Shown in pieces: positions 37,721-51,049 of a stretch of 64,000 bases of DNA. The position numbers were made by a program, and so were the translations under genes. Origin of the DNA: Sphyrna mokarran (taxonomy: Eukaryota); NCBI GenBank assembly GCA_024679065.1, contig JAGIQG010000040.1, positions 8,680,001 to 8,744,000 on the forward strand, written 5' to 3'. The notes below the pieces were generated by a model. That model made no database searches, was not told the origin of the DNA, and was given only the letters and a program-made list of their open reading frames with translations. Each line of letters opens with the position of its first letter. Positions within the stretch are counted from its first letter, which is position 1.

Positions 37721-37963
37721 TTAAATCCTCCAGCAGGCAAGGAGAATGTCATAAATGTTCAAAAAAAAGTAATTATTTTCACCAATGACTGTTCATTCAC
37801 AATGTAATAAATGCATTCACCTGCTCTCATTCATTCATAAAGATTAGTATATTTAACATTACTTTATGGAAGGTGGTTTGGAAGGTGGGCTTTGTCTAGG
37901 CCAGCATTCATTCCCCATTGCTAATTGCATTCAGTAAATTGGTGATGAGCCATCTTGTTGAAT

Positions 37964-39819
37964 CATAGAACATAGAACATTACAGCACAGAACAGGCCCT
38001 TCGGCCTTCGATGTTGCGCCGACCAATATAAAAAGCAATGACCCTCCAAACTAAACCATTCCCTTCTCTTCCATATACTTATCAACTAACCTCTTAAACG
38101 CCACCAAACTTGGCGCATCTAAACTGCCGCAGGAAGGGCATTCCACTCCCTAACCACCCTTTGGGTAAAGAACCTACCTCTGATATCCGTCCTATAACTA
38201 TCACCCCTTAATTTAAAGCTGTGTCCCCTCGTGCTAGCTTTCTCCACCCTAGGAAAAAGGTTATCACTGTCCAGTAGGATTATGGTAGAAGATAGAAACA
38301 CAGTAAACACATTCATTTCAGTTTGGTTTCTTTTTCATATGTCACATTTATGATGACTGAGGGGGATAATTTTTGAGAGATTGGTTCAAGTACAAGTGCT
38401 GCCCATGAAGTATCAGTTGTGTTGTAAATTGTCCTTTTCTATCTCATGAATGAGACAGAGAATTTTTGTTGGAGAGCTTAGTTCCCCCAAGTGTTATAGA
38501 CTCTGCTCTGATGCTAGCGTTGAATGTCTTACTGAGATTCATGAATGTATGTGTATTCAAAGGTCTTTCCCGTGATGCTATGATTGAGATACATCTACAG
38601 ATGTTGCTGTCTTCTCTGTTGGTCTTGTCTTCGGATAATGTGATGCTTTTGAATCACGAATCTCCTGTGGAACGGAATCTATCTTCTGGCAGAGAAAGAA
38701 TGTAAATGTTCAGAAAGTTGGTATTTATTTTCACCAATTGCCATCCATTGGCAAATGTGTTCACATCCATTTACAAACATCAATGCATTTAAGTTTTAAC
38801 TTAAGGGATAGGAACGTTGCTGGCTAAGTCAGCATTTGTTGCTTACCCCTAATTGCCCTTAGTAAGCTGGTGCCTTACTACCTTGTTGAATTGCTGCAGG
38901 TCCTGTTGTGTAGGTACCATACAAAGTTGTTACAGAGGGAGTTCTAGGTTTTCGATCCAGCGGCAGTGACAGAAAGATGATATGTGTCCACATCAGGTAT
39001 ATGACTGACTTAGAGGGTAATTTATAGACGATATTCTCTGATAACTATTCCCCCTGTCCTTGCAAATGGCAACCCACTGTATGGCTGCCTCAGGAGTCTT
39101 GGTGAGTTTCGGAAAAGCAAGTTGTAGATGGTACATAATGCTGCTCTCTGGGGTGGACGGAGTGAACATTTGCAAATGTTATGCCAGTCAAGCATAACAT
39201 GCTTGTTATGCTTTGTGATGCTTTGTTATGTTGCTTTGTCTTGAATGATATGGAGTATCTTGAATGTTGTGTGAGCTGTGCTTATTCAAGCAAGTGGAGA
39301 GAACCATTTTTGTCTCCTAATATGTGTCCTGCAGGTGGTGCACACTGTTTGGGGAGTCAGGAGGTGAGTTACTCACAACAGGCTGACCTGATATTCCAGC
39401 CGGAGCATGTATATATCTAGCTAACATAGCGATTAGCCAATGGCAACCTCGAAGATATTGATAATGGTTGATTCATTGTCGTAATATAATTGAGTGTCAA
39501 GGGATAATGGTCAGATTCTCCATTTTTGGAGATGGTCATGGCCTGGCGCCAATATTACTAATGATCTTCCATTTACAAAAAAACAAAATTAATATTTCAT
39601 CAATTATCGTCAGTATTTTATTTTGATTCAAACTTAATTGCAGTTTATTTAATATCATTTATTGAGACTCAGATGTATTGAGATCATATTGCCCTTTCTG
39701 TCACCAAAGAATCAAACCTGTTCCAGAATTCAGCGGAAAATGGAATTAAATCAGGCCAAATAGTAGTAATTACCCAGCAGCCTCTGCACTTTATTGGCAA
39801 GGAATCACCTCATCATCAG
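37964..39819 (+). repeat. Recent segmental duplication, copy 2
   Basis: Matches 27046-29193 minus the extra CR1; begins with a minus-strand CR1 3' end (37964-38273). Confidence 0.93.
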
Positions 39820-42569
39820 AAACTATTCCATGGCACAGGCAAGAGTCCAGAGATAACCACTCTTCCAGTTTTGGCCCTAAGCTTCCACCCCAACTCCTGG
39901 ACCAATTTATAGAATCAGAGAGAAAAACTACAACTACCGGCAAGCCTCCTAATGACGACTTCCGGTTTCCAGTTAGTTTAAATAAAAGCGGCAAAAACTA
40001 CCACCACTCGCTACTTTAACCAAAAAGTTAAAAATTACTTAACACTCGAACTTTACGCTCTCCCAAATCGCTGCCTCTCCGTGCTGCTCCAAGGGAACAA
40101 CTACACAGTTAATTTAGGTGAGGGCATATTGAGTGATTTGTTGTGCGTGGAAGAACCACATGTTTTAAATATTACAAACTTCTCTACTTAAACTAATCAT
40201 CTTGACTCTTTTTACCTTTCATATGAAGATTCAGCATAAAGTGTGAAATGAACCCGTCCGAGCTGCAGTAGTGTTTCATTTTTTTTTTCTCTTCGTGAGG
40301 AACAGTTATTGCTAACTCCCAATAATCTCGGAATGGATTTCACCAAGGCACTCTGAAAGAGTTCGAGGTATTAGACGGACAGAAGTGGAATAAAGGACCT
40401 GATTCAATCTAAGAAATAATCAAGCGCAAATATTGATATGTAGAACACCATTTTTCAATTCCATTTATCACTGTTTCCATCAATCTATTCACTGTTTCTT
40501 CAATCGAAATAGTCAGGCATTAATCTGGCATTCATCCAAACATCATTTCTTCCAAGGTCATTCATTCCTGCATCAAAACAGTAATACATTTATTGTTTGC
40601 GTAGATTGTGACATAACATTAATTTGATTAATCCAATGATCCAGAGGCCCAGGATAATGATGTGAGGACAGAGATGTAAATCTGGCCATGGCAGCTGGTA
40701 GAATTTGAATTCAACTAACAAAATAGAATAAAGGATACAAGGAATAGGTACAAGCATGTGTCTCCAGGCAGACAACAATATAAATGACTTTTTATAATAT
40801 CTTCACATGTGGCCAAGAGAATCAGACAGTTCAAGGGAATTTGGGACAAGCAAACAATGCTCGCTTTTCCAACCAAACAGCCCATGGAAAGGTAAAGGAA
40901 AAGAAGCATAATCTTCATGTGCCATCTGTCTGAGCCATCTCTCAATTTTCCTGTAATTCTTTCTATCCATCCATCACAATATCCTGATGTACTGGGAAAA
41001 TCATCATTGCTGCTAACAGGATGCCAGAGAAGCTGCAAGACTTTCTTTTTTTTCGAGATGGGAAAATTCATCTAGATTTATATCTTTAAAATACTAGAGT
41101 GTCTCCAATACTGTTGCTAGGTAGATTTGTTTATAAATAGGTGTCATTGACAACCTGAAGAGTTTTAGGTTGGCTTGCAGCCAAGCAGTCAATGTTGAGG
41201 AAACAGATTTTTGATCTACTGCACAAATACCGCCAGATGTTTCCTATCAATAACTTTGAGCATTTGACAGCAGCCTGGATTGCTGCCAAATATTGTGTGG
41301 GACAGATTAGCGTGAATCTGAATGGACAAAACACGATTCAGACATTTTAACAGTAAATGTTTCATTCCCACAAGAAAGACACGTTTTAAATCGTAATCAT
41401 TCTAATGAAATACTTTCACTCGATATCCTGTTCAATGTGTGAGTAAATAGTATGAAAAACAATAAAGTGAACAGATGTTTTTTTTTCATTTGTATAACTT
41501 CAAAATAAATGCTATTTCAATAATTAAAGTCTGTTTCTTCACCAAGTCATGAAATGCGAGCGCGAGAGAGATGCTGTTGGTCTCAATTCTCCAGTCAATT
41601 GAGATCAGAGTAATGGCAAAAATGCGTCAAAATAATGTTAAAATCTCATCATAAAACTGACAGGAACAGCGGGGATTCCTGAAATGTTCTGAAAATTCTG
41701 TATCTCATTTAAACAGCAATGTCTCTTGTACCTGATTTGCACTGTGTTCCATTGCACAGTATAATCTGATTTCTGTTATTGAAGAGTTCCTCTCATAGTT
41801 GCCAATGAGTGGAGAAATGATCAGTTCATAACCTGATTCAATGGAAGATAAAATATTTATTCTTGATATATTGTACAATATGCTGCAAATCCTCATGTCC
41901 TGTGTTCCCAACATCGGCGAATGTTAGGCAGCGGGCGGCCAATGCTGAAGAACTTTAACGATCTTCGCGTCCATTCCGATTCATTAACTTTTCTGTCAAA
42001 AGTCAATTTAATTTTACATTTATCTGTCAACTCACTATTGAATTATCAGCAGGGCGGGAGTCCTATTATTTTCAAAGAACTGCCTTCGAGGTTGGGGAAG
42101 CTTGACAAATATAAGGAGAAACATTGTATTGTGTGTGAGTTTCTTCACATCTCCAAACGCAATTTGTACGGTGATAGCCATCCACACTGCAAATCGAATC
42201 ACTTCGTTCATCCCCCGCATTTAGTTACAGAAATTGACAAGATTTTTTTTCTTATAAATTATGCTTTATCATTGTTAAGTGACAGAGGCCCGGAATTGCT
42301 GCAAAATAGACTGACGGTCTGTTTATTTTCCGAAAATGTTATTTCATCGTTTTTAGATTTGTGTTCTTGTTAGGAGCGTGGTAATAAAACACATATTTAC
42401 AGCAGATTTTATTTTTAAAATAAGAAATGGTGAACTGCAATATCACTATCAACAATAATAGAGACAGTACAATGAACGGATTCAGAGAAACCAAAATCCC
42501 GACTCAGATAAAATGTCAATTTCAATATTAACCTATTGTAAATCTCGGAGTCCATTGGGGGTGTGGAGG

Positions 42570-42660
42570 GAGGGACGTGAATCCAGTAGCCGCCTCCACC
42601 AGTGGCTCCTCAGGCGGCGCCTGGAAAGCCGCCCCCTTCTGCCGGGATTTAAATACCATT
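42570..42660 (+). promoter_or_regulatory. Putative VH core promoter (GC-rich block plus TATA-like TTTAAATA at 42648-42655, no octamer)
   Basis: TATA-like box about 90 nt upstream of the leader ATG, preceded by GC-rich GCCGCC motifs. There is no ATGCAAAT nearby, as expected for shark VH promoters. Confidence 0.5.
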
Positions 42661-42744
42661 CACTGGGACCAGAATCCAGCAGTCCGGGAGCTGGTTTGTT
42701 CACTGAATTTCCGACATAACCATTTCCCCCAAATCACCAGAAAG

Positions 42745-42790
42745 ATGAAGTCGGCGATTTCTCTCAGTTTGTTGTTGACTTTCTTGTCCG
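42745..42790 (+). CDS. IGHV: IgM VH leader exon
   Basis: ATG...MKSAISLSLLLTFLS followed by a G|gtgagt donor; hydrophobic signal peptide. Confidence 0.93.
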
Positions 42791-42927
42791 GTGAGTTTTT
42801 TTTTATATTACTATTGTCCAAATCTCTCACTGTTACTGTCTCAATGTTAGTCTATCTCTGGAATGTTCCAGTGTCAGCAATCATTCCACTCAGACTAACC
42901 GTCGTTTTTTTTGATATATTTTTACAG

Positions 42928-43232
42928 GTGTCCACTCGGAGATTGTATTGACTCAGCCAGAGGCTGACACTGGATGTCCCGGAGGCTCCCTGAGACTGAC
43001 CTGTAAAACCAGCGGCTTCGATCTTGACAGCACTTACATGAACTGGATCCGACAGGTTCCCGAACAGGGGCTGGAGTGGCTGGTTGGCTACAAAAGTCCA
43101 TCCACCAACAGCTACACTCCAGCAATTCAGGATCGCTTTACTGCGTCCAAAGACACTTCAAACAACATTTTCTCTTTGGAAATGATGATGCTGAAGACCC
43201 AAGACAACGCCATCTATTACTGTGCAAAAGGC
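42928..43232 (+). CDS. IGHV: IgM VH exon (germline, unrearranged)
   Basis: tttacag|GT GTC CAC TCG; [29 protein letters not shown]...[14 protein letters not shown]...[15 protein letters not shown]...AIYYCAK. The conserved Cys, Trp and Cys are present. Confidence 0.96.
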
Positions 43233-43271
43233 CACAGCGAGAGGAACCAAGGGTGGACCCGAACAAGAACA
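43233..43271 (+). promoter_or_regulatory. VH 23-RSS
   Basis: CACAGCG + 23 nt + ACAAGAACA. Confidence 0.92.
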
Positions 43272-43632
43272 GCTCGAGAGGGAATTCAGCAACTTCCATC
43301 ATAATCTGAGGGTCAGTATCTGTTTTAAGTATAATAATAGCGCCAGTGATCAGAATCAAAACACACACCATTTCTGACAAACCCAACCTAGTGAAAATCA
43401 AACCTTAAACCAAGAAAACACACAGACATAATGGGCTGAGATTGTCACTCTGTTTATATTTACTGTTAACCGTTTCAGCAGTTAAACACCTGGATATAAT
43501 GCTCGTTTTAATATTTCTGACACTTAAAGGAGCTGTTTCCGAATTGAATTTTGTAAAGTGTTGCATAAATTATAAATTAATCAAAAAATTTATTGTAGTG
43601 AATATTGAGTGACAGTACTGAACAGAGAGTGC

Positions 43633-43694
43633 AGTTTTTATGCGAGTGTGTGTCACCGTGATATTGAGCACAGTGACATCCTCATACAAAAACC
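43633..43694 (+). other. IGHD: DH1 segment (coding ATATTGAG, 43661-43668) with 5' 12-RSS and abnormal 3' RSS
   Basis: AGTTTTTAT-12nt-CACCGTG | ATATTGAG | CACAGTG-10nt(ACATCCTCAT)-ACAAAAACC. Confidence 0.88.
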
Positions 43695-44008
43695 TTAGAA
43701 AAAGTGATTGCTCAATTTGGTAATCAGTCTCATAGCAGGATTTTCAAAGTAAACGAAGCTTCATTGAAATAACGTGTAGAAGCAATACCTGTTTGTGAAA
43801 AGGTATAACAATCTTAAAAACCGTAAAATCTGTGTTGAACGATACGCCAAATCTAAATAGAGGGATTAAATACATTCTGATACCGTTGGAAATATAATGA
43901 AAAGGCAAGGTACAATATCTTGCTCATTCGCTCTTAGAAGAGGCAGAATGAGATTTTTGAGAGAGCAGTGAACTTAATCTCTGTATTTTACAATTAGCAG
44001 TCAGGCAC

Positions 44009-44076
44009 AGTATTTGTCATGCTGTATCTCACTGTGGTAACTGGGTAGCACAACAGTTACTGTCAATACAAAAACC
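44009..44076 (+). other. IGHD: DH2 segment (coding GTAACTGGGTAG, 44037-44048) with 12/12 RSSs
   Basis: AGTATTTGT-12nt-CACTGTG | GTAACTGGGTAG | CACAACA-12nt-ACAAAAACC. Confidence 0.9.
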
Positions 44077-44422
44077 CTCAGCACTAATTGATCAAGTCTG
44101 GATCAGTGCTCTGATTTACAATCCAACATTATTTACAGCGCTGTATTATTTACAATAATACAATAAACAGCGCTATTGTCCAGCACTGAACAATAGCGAG
44201 AATCAAATGGAAAATTTATGATAACTATTCAATTATCATTTGCAGTTTTCAACAACATGTTCATGTGATTCTCTGCAAAAAGAAAATTGGAGTCATTTAT
44301 GCAGAGAGAACGGCATCCACAAATACAATAATAATTTCACGAATATTAATTGACTTTGATTTTCCTCTGGTTTGTGAATATTTAAAATAATGGTAGTTTT
44401 TCTGTCTTTGTTTTTCAGAGCC

Positions 44423-44461
44423 AGTTATTGTATGACCTAACTAAGGGAATGTGGCTCTGTG
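44423..44461 (+). promoter_or_regulatory. JH 23-RSS
   Basis: AGTTATTGT + 23 nt + CTCTGTG (reverse complement CACAGAG). Confidence 0.85.
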
Positions 44462-44509
44462 ACTACTTTGACTACTGGGGACAAGGGACCATGGTGACGG
44501 TCACTTCAG
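44462..44509 (+). CDS. IGHJ: JH segment
   Basis: YFDYWGQGTMVTVTS with the WGxG motif and a G|gtaag donor. Confidence 0.96.
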
Positions 44510-45499
44510 GTAAGAACCATGCAACTATTTAGTGAATGTTTTACTTGAGCTTTTGTTTTAAGTTTTTTTTAAAATCGATTTTATTAATTCGTTCGTTCAC
44601 TGAAATGTTTGGTAGATTCTGTACTAAAAATCTTAAGAATGTTTCACCTGATTCTGCTTAATATGGGCGTTATAAAATTCTACTGTTAATTGACAAGGCA
44701 ATGCTGAGAGATTTAATCCTTGGTTGTTGTATTTTAGTGTTTATCTGCTGAGGGCATTGTTTGGCTGGGTTACTTTAAAAGTTATTGTCTAACTTCTGTT
44801 AAACAGTTCGACGTTGCTGCAATGTGTAAACTCGGTGACATCTAGTAGCTGCAGGTTGTATCATCTACTGGACACACATTTAAAATCGAACCCAATATTG
44901 ACAAAATATGTTAAAGATTCTGCATTAATTGAGTGATCATATTCCGCTTACTCGCAATGCTGGTATTGTTCTGACATATTTCTGTTCATTTTAATTATTG
45001 ATTAGTTTAGTGATGAATTGGATTGGTTGGATGTAAATTTGAGATTTTCTGTCAATGTTACATTTAATTCTGTTGAAATTGCTGTTTGTAGAATTGAGCT
45101 GCTTCTGCATGAAGCGGAGTTCAGTTATGTTTTTTTTCTGTTAGGAGATTGTGGGTCTGGGTGACTTTGAATAAGTAAATTTTTGAAATGGTTTGGCGAT
45201 TCTGAATTATTTAAACACGGTGACAATGAGCTGTTAGACACTTTGTGATTGAAGACAAACAGCCTTCGCGTCTGAAACTGCTTGACGCATGATTATAGGC
45301 TGAAATCAGGCGGACTTTATTCCACAGATATTTTTGAAAATCATAATTGATAATTGCTGGTTAAACCAAACAACAGTTTACGCCGTTTGTTCAGAATATA
45401 GTTTTGCCACTGCATTCATTATTTGGGTTACCTACAATGTTTACTCTGAGCAATGGCTGCAGCTTTTACAATACAAACGTTTCAATATGCTTGAAATAA

Positions 45500-45681
45500 A
45501 CATAGAACATAGAACATAGAACACTACAGCACAGAACAGGCCCTTCGGCCTTCGATGTTGCGCCGACCAATATAAAAGCAATGCCCCTCCAAACTAAACC
45601 ATTCCCTTCTCTTCCATATACTTATCAACTAACCTCTTAAACGCCACCAAACTTGGCGTATCCACAACTGCTGCAGGCAGC
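45500..45681 (-). mobile_element. Short young CR1 3' end in the J-C intron
   Basis: (CATAGAA)3 tail and CR1 3' UTR. Confidence 0.88.
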
Positions 45682-48600
45682 CAATACGAATAAATTTTCC
45701 AAATTAATTTCTTGGATATATTCTATTTCTTCACAATGCTATTGCTATTATTCCAGATTTCTGTTTTGTTTAATAATTCATGCATTTGGTGACGAGCTGT
45801 TTTGCTGCATTCGATATTGAGATTTTCTTGCAGTGTTGCATTTGATTATGCTGAATGAGTAATTGAGCTACTTCCTCATGAAACAGAATAATTCCCTCAG
45901 TGATGTGCTTTGCAGTGTTTCTGATCAGGAGATTTTGTGGTTCGGCCACAAAAGTTTAAAATTTGCGAAGTGATTTGATGTTTTGACATTGTTGATGCAT
46001 TGTTTAAACACGGAAGCACTGAGCGGTTATGCGTTTTCTGGTTGCATGCAAAGAATTTATAAATTTGAAAGCCCATGTAGTAGAAAGCAGGCAGGTTTTG
46101 CGAAATAAAAATTAAATAAATATATCACAACATCATGACTTACAAAGTTCATTTCGACATTAAGTCGTTGCAGCAATCACAAACTTCTCATTAAAAATTC
46201 GATCATAAAATAAAAATAAATCAAACAATTATTGATCATTAATATAATTCCATAATTACCAAACATTATTCTATATTAATATCATTATTCATTAATCGTC
46301 TCTAATAATATTGCTGCGCTTTGCAGACAATTAAAATGACCAGAAAAAATTTTCTAGGCTGCAAATATTTTTGTGATAATTCCAGAAACTATTTTAATGG
46401 TAACATGCTGTTTCCAGAACAGCGCTCAATTCAACAAGATACTTTGCATTAGTCGTTATATCCCAGATTAAGTTCGCATTCACTTAAATACGAGCTTTGC
46501 AAATAAGACGTCGTATTTTTGGCAATTTTTGTATGCAAGTATTACTTCTGTTTTTCTGTGCAGTCGCAATTATATTATCCCTTCCAAGTAATTTGTAATT
46601 GGATGCCGAGATAATTAATTACTAATCTCATCTCAGAATTTGTGAAATGGCTGAGGGTTTCTCAATTGTTTCTATATTGTTTCAACTCAGTGATACTAAG
46701 CACTGAGTTGTGATACTAAACATTACTTAAACTTAATGTTTAAGGCTAAATGAAAATACAACTACGTTTGAAAATTCTTGTAAGGATAAAGCAAAAAAGG
46801 TTTCAGAAAAATAAAATAATTACATGTTATAGCTTTTTATCTGTGTTAACTAATACTTGGATATTAAAATAAATCATGAATTATAATTCTTACTGTCATT
46901 GTATCGCCGTTAGAGACATAAGACTACCCAGTAAATGTTATATTTGATGTGCTCTTTTTCAGGGGTAAAAAAAACAAATACATTTTCCCTAGTTTTTGGG
47001 ATTTGTGATTGGCAGGGGAAAAATGTTAAAAGGCAAAGGGAATTTTAAAATGAACATCAGGTTAATTTATTTTTTACTGCTAATTTTGTTATTGCAATTT
47101 GACCTTTGATCAATTAGAACCACACGGTTTAAATAAATTTGACAGAGTGAAAAGAGTTTTCTGACAGATGGAATTCGCTGACAATCAAGTAATTCTTCAT
47201 ATGATTGTGTTTGAGTTGTAGTAAAGTGTTAACAGAAACTCGCTAGAGATTGACAAGATAATGTTTGAAATTCAAAAAGATTACTTTATATTAAAAAATA
47301 TAAAATAAATATTATAGAAATAGTATAGTATTATGTCTCCCATTACTGCTGAACACAGTATAGAATTATGGGAAGAATACATGACAGAATAAAACAATTG
47401 ATTCTGTCTGAACCTTACGTTAAATTCTTATTAAATATTATCATGAAGAAAAAGTCTGGATTTATTTCTGCATCATGTTTTAGTGCTACAGAGAATTGAA
47501 CCAATTGCCCTCTTTGTGTGGCACTGTTTAATTCAGATCTTCTTTAATAAAACAATGTGTTCAGTAATTAAGTTATACGATACTCCAAGTTATTAAATCT
47601 GGGAAGCAGTATTATGATTGCAAACTGCCAGGCCGTTACAGTCTAGACAAACTCGGAAGTATGTATTTTATCACTCATGTGATTAGGTTTAAGTAAATGA
47701 ATGATAGATGTCTGAATGTTTCCATTCTGTAATTTATAAATATTGTTTAACATTGTTTAAGATTTAATTGTTACCAAATAATTTAACAATGTTGGAGACA
47801 GAAGCACGTTTTGAATGATTGAATGATTTTATTACAGAGAAAATATTAGCTCACAGGAAATCTAACTAGCAATGAACAACAATTTTAAATATAATATTGG
47901 TGCTGATTAATTCAAAACAAAACACCTTGAATATTGCACAGGCGTACACAATATTATCCACTTTACAGAGTATTTAATTGTACCGAAAATGAATTCAGAA
48001 ACAGTACATTTATTTGCTCAGCTTGATAAGTACTTTGCCTTGATTATTTTGTTGATTTCATTTAATTAAGAAATTAACTCAATCAGGTAATGATTTACAA
48101 TGTAAGTATTTCTTGGTTTGTTTAATTCTTACTGTGTTACTGCATCTCTGTTGTTGACATTGAACCGTTATCGTATCACTGCATCTCTGTTAGACATTGA
48201 ACTGTCCCGAATCTGTTATTTTTGATTGCTCACCTTAAGGAACATTACATGTTTACATTGTTTTCGAGAGGTCAGTCAGAGAAATAATTAAAATAAATAT
48301 CAGTTTAAGTTAAAATAGGTCATTGATTTTATGTTGTTCTAAGTTGAATATTAATAAATTAAAATCTACAAATTTGAGTGAAATAGATAGATCTGGGTAA
48401 TCGACTGTTGCACCATTAGTGCCTGTTCTGTTTCTGCGCGTGTGATCACTGTGTTGGGACCAGGAATCTGCCTGACTTGTTGTAAATCTTTCGGTTCCTT
48501 TTGCTGTATTTCGGGGATGAAATTTGATTTATTTCTTCAAGAAACTTGTATCTGTGAAAAATGTGACAGTTTGACTTGATTTTTGACTCGGCGTCTCAGA

Positions 48601-49469
48601 TCCTTAAAGCATATTGTAACGGTTTGAGGGAGCAGAAACCTCAGGCTGTAGAGGGAGAATTGGGTCATTTTTAAGCAGTGATGTACCAGCCTTGGAAATG
48701 TTCGATGACAAATGCAAAGTAAGATTTATTATATTGTGCTCCGTACTACAGCAGTTCCTGGCCTATTTAGTATGACAGCTGAAGGGTCAAATTGATTTGC
48801 AATTTATTTTTAATCTTCTCGAGGCATTTTTGAGTCATTTGCTCGGCCAGAATTTTTAATCTTCCCTAATTGTTCCTTCACAATGTGTTGATATGAAACA
48901 TTCTTGAATGACTGCAATCCATATGCTGCAGGCATCCGCCCTGCTGTTAAGGAGGAAGTTTCAGGATTTTGACCGAGCGATTATGAATGAACTGAGATAT
49001 TGTTTCAAGTCAGGATGAAGTGTGTTTTGGAGGGGAGCTTGCAGGTGATTGCGTTCATATGTGACTACTGCCCTTGCCTTGTTAGCATGTAAAGGCAGCG
49101 GGTTTGGACAATATACTCTATGGAGCTTTGGTGAGTTGCGGCAGTGCATGTTGTATATAATATACACTGCTGACACTGCTTGTTAGTGATGGAGATGTTG
49201 AGGAGGGTGAATGAGAGGCTGGTAATTTGTGGGTGGCTTTTGCCTTGGATTGTGTCAAATTTCGTGAGATGTTACAAGTTTCGCTCATTGAAGAAAGAGG
49301 AAATCATTAATTGTGACTGACTTGTGAAACATTTAAATATTTTTTTTTCCAACCCTTGCCCTGGAGTCCGTATTTAGCTACTTGTCAGTCTCACTTACTG
49401 TGTGAGTGGGTGAGTATGTGTGGAGTGAGTGTTCTTTTGCAGACTGCATCAGCCAGATAGAGACTTATA

Positions 49470-50426
49470 TACATCACACAATCCCATATACACAAATACA
49501 TTCATACACGCACTCATATCCTCTCACACATGTACACACACATGTGCACACTTGCTTTCTCTCTCACACCATTCTCTTTCTCTCACGGTCTCCTTCAAAT
49601 ATAAATGCATACATACTCACGCTCTCTCAATTAGCTTCTCATACCCTCATACACAAAAGCACTCACACGCACATAGTCCCACACACATTCTCTCTTACAC
49701 ACAGACACATACACTCACATAAGCACAGCCTCCCGATTGCGCACACGCTCTGTCACACACACTCAAGATGTTTCACATTTATTCACCCACATTCTTTCAC
49801 AATTCATCTTGCACGTGCATCTTTCTCTCTCTCTCCCACGCATTTACTTCTATCTCTCTTGCACACACCATCTTGCACGTGTACATTCTTGCTCTCACAC
49901 ACTAGCTCTCTTACACTTTCTCAAATATACAGACCCATACACACACTCTAACACACAGACACAGTCTCTCACATAAGCACAAACTCACGCACACGTTCTC
50001 TCATACACACACACACACACACACAATTTGAAAAAGAGACACACTAGCACACACATAAACTATCCCTCTCACAATCTCTCATCTGTATTCTTACTCTGTC
50101 TCCCGCTCATTCACACGCTCTCTCATACTTGCAGGCGGATTCGCTCATTTAGGCACATGTTTCTCTCTCTTTCACACGCTCACTCCCTTACACATTGCCT
50201 CACACATACACAATCTTGCTCTCAATCACTCTCTCTCGCAAACACCCTGCTCTTACACGCACACAGTCTCTCCATTTCTTACACACGAATATACATGTAA
50301 ACACTCTTAAGGACTCCACCTATCACAGACGCATGTTCTCTCAACAATTAATACAGTCACATACACTCACGCAGCCACTGTCTAACTTTCACACTTTTTC
50401 TCGCTCATACACTCTCTCCCTGCCCT

Positions 50427-50466
<40 letters not shown>

Positions 50467-51010
50467 ACATACACGCACACACACACAATTTGAAGAAGAG
50501 ACACAGTCGCACACACAAAAACAATAACTCTTCAAACACTCTTTCTCTCTCACACACATACACACGCACATTCTCTATCTCACATGTCCTGTCTCTCACG
50601 CACACTCTCTGCTCTTGCACACACAGATCAGTGTTTCACACACTTGCAAATGTACTCATGTGTCAACAACGTCTCACTCATAGCGTCTCTCTCTCTCAAC
50701 ACACTCTCTCTGACACACACACACACACATACACACAGAAACACACACACACACACACACACACATTACTCCTATCACCCACAAACATTGCACATATCTT
50801 TCACACACACACAATCCCATGCACAGTTCCATTCACTCATGGATTATTTTGCTTTCCAATAGACACTCTATCTCCTCTTGTAAACGCAGCCTACCGTCTC
50901 GCACATATGCAAACGCAGTCTATCACTCACAGGCACACTCATACACACATTCACCCTCTCTATCTCTCTTGCACGCACACACATACACATAAATGCGCTG
51001 TCACACAGTT
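49470..51010. repeat. CA/CT-rich low-complexity tract in the J-C intron
   Basis: About 1.5 kb of degenerate (CA)n/(CT)n. Confidence 0.9.
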
Positions 51011-51049
51011 TCCATCTCACATACGTCAAAGTGACTGTCCTGAACATTA

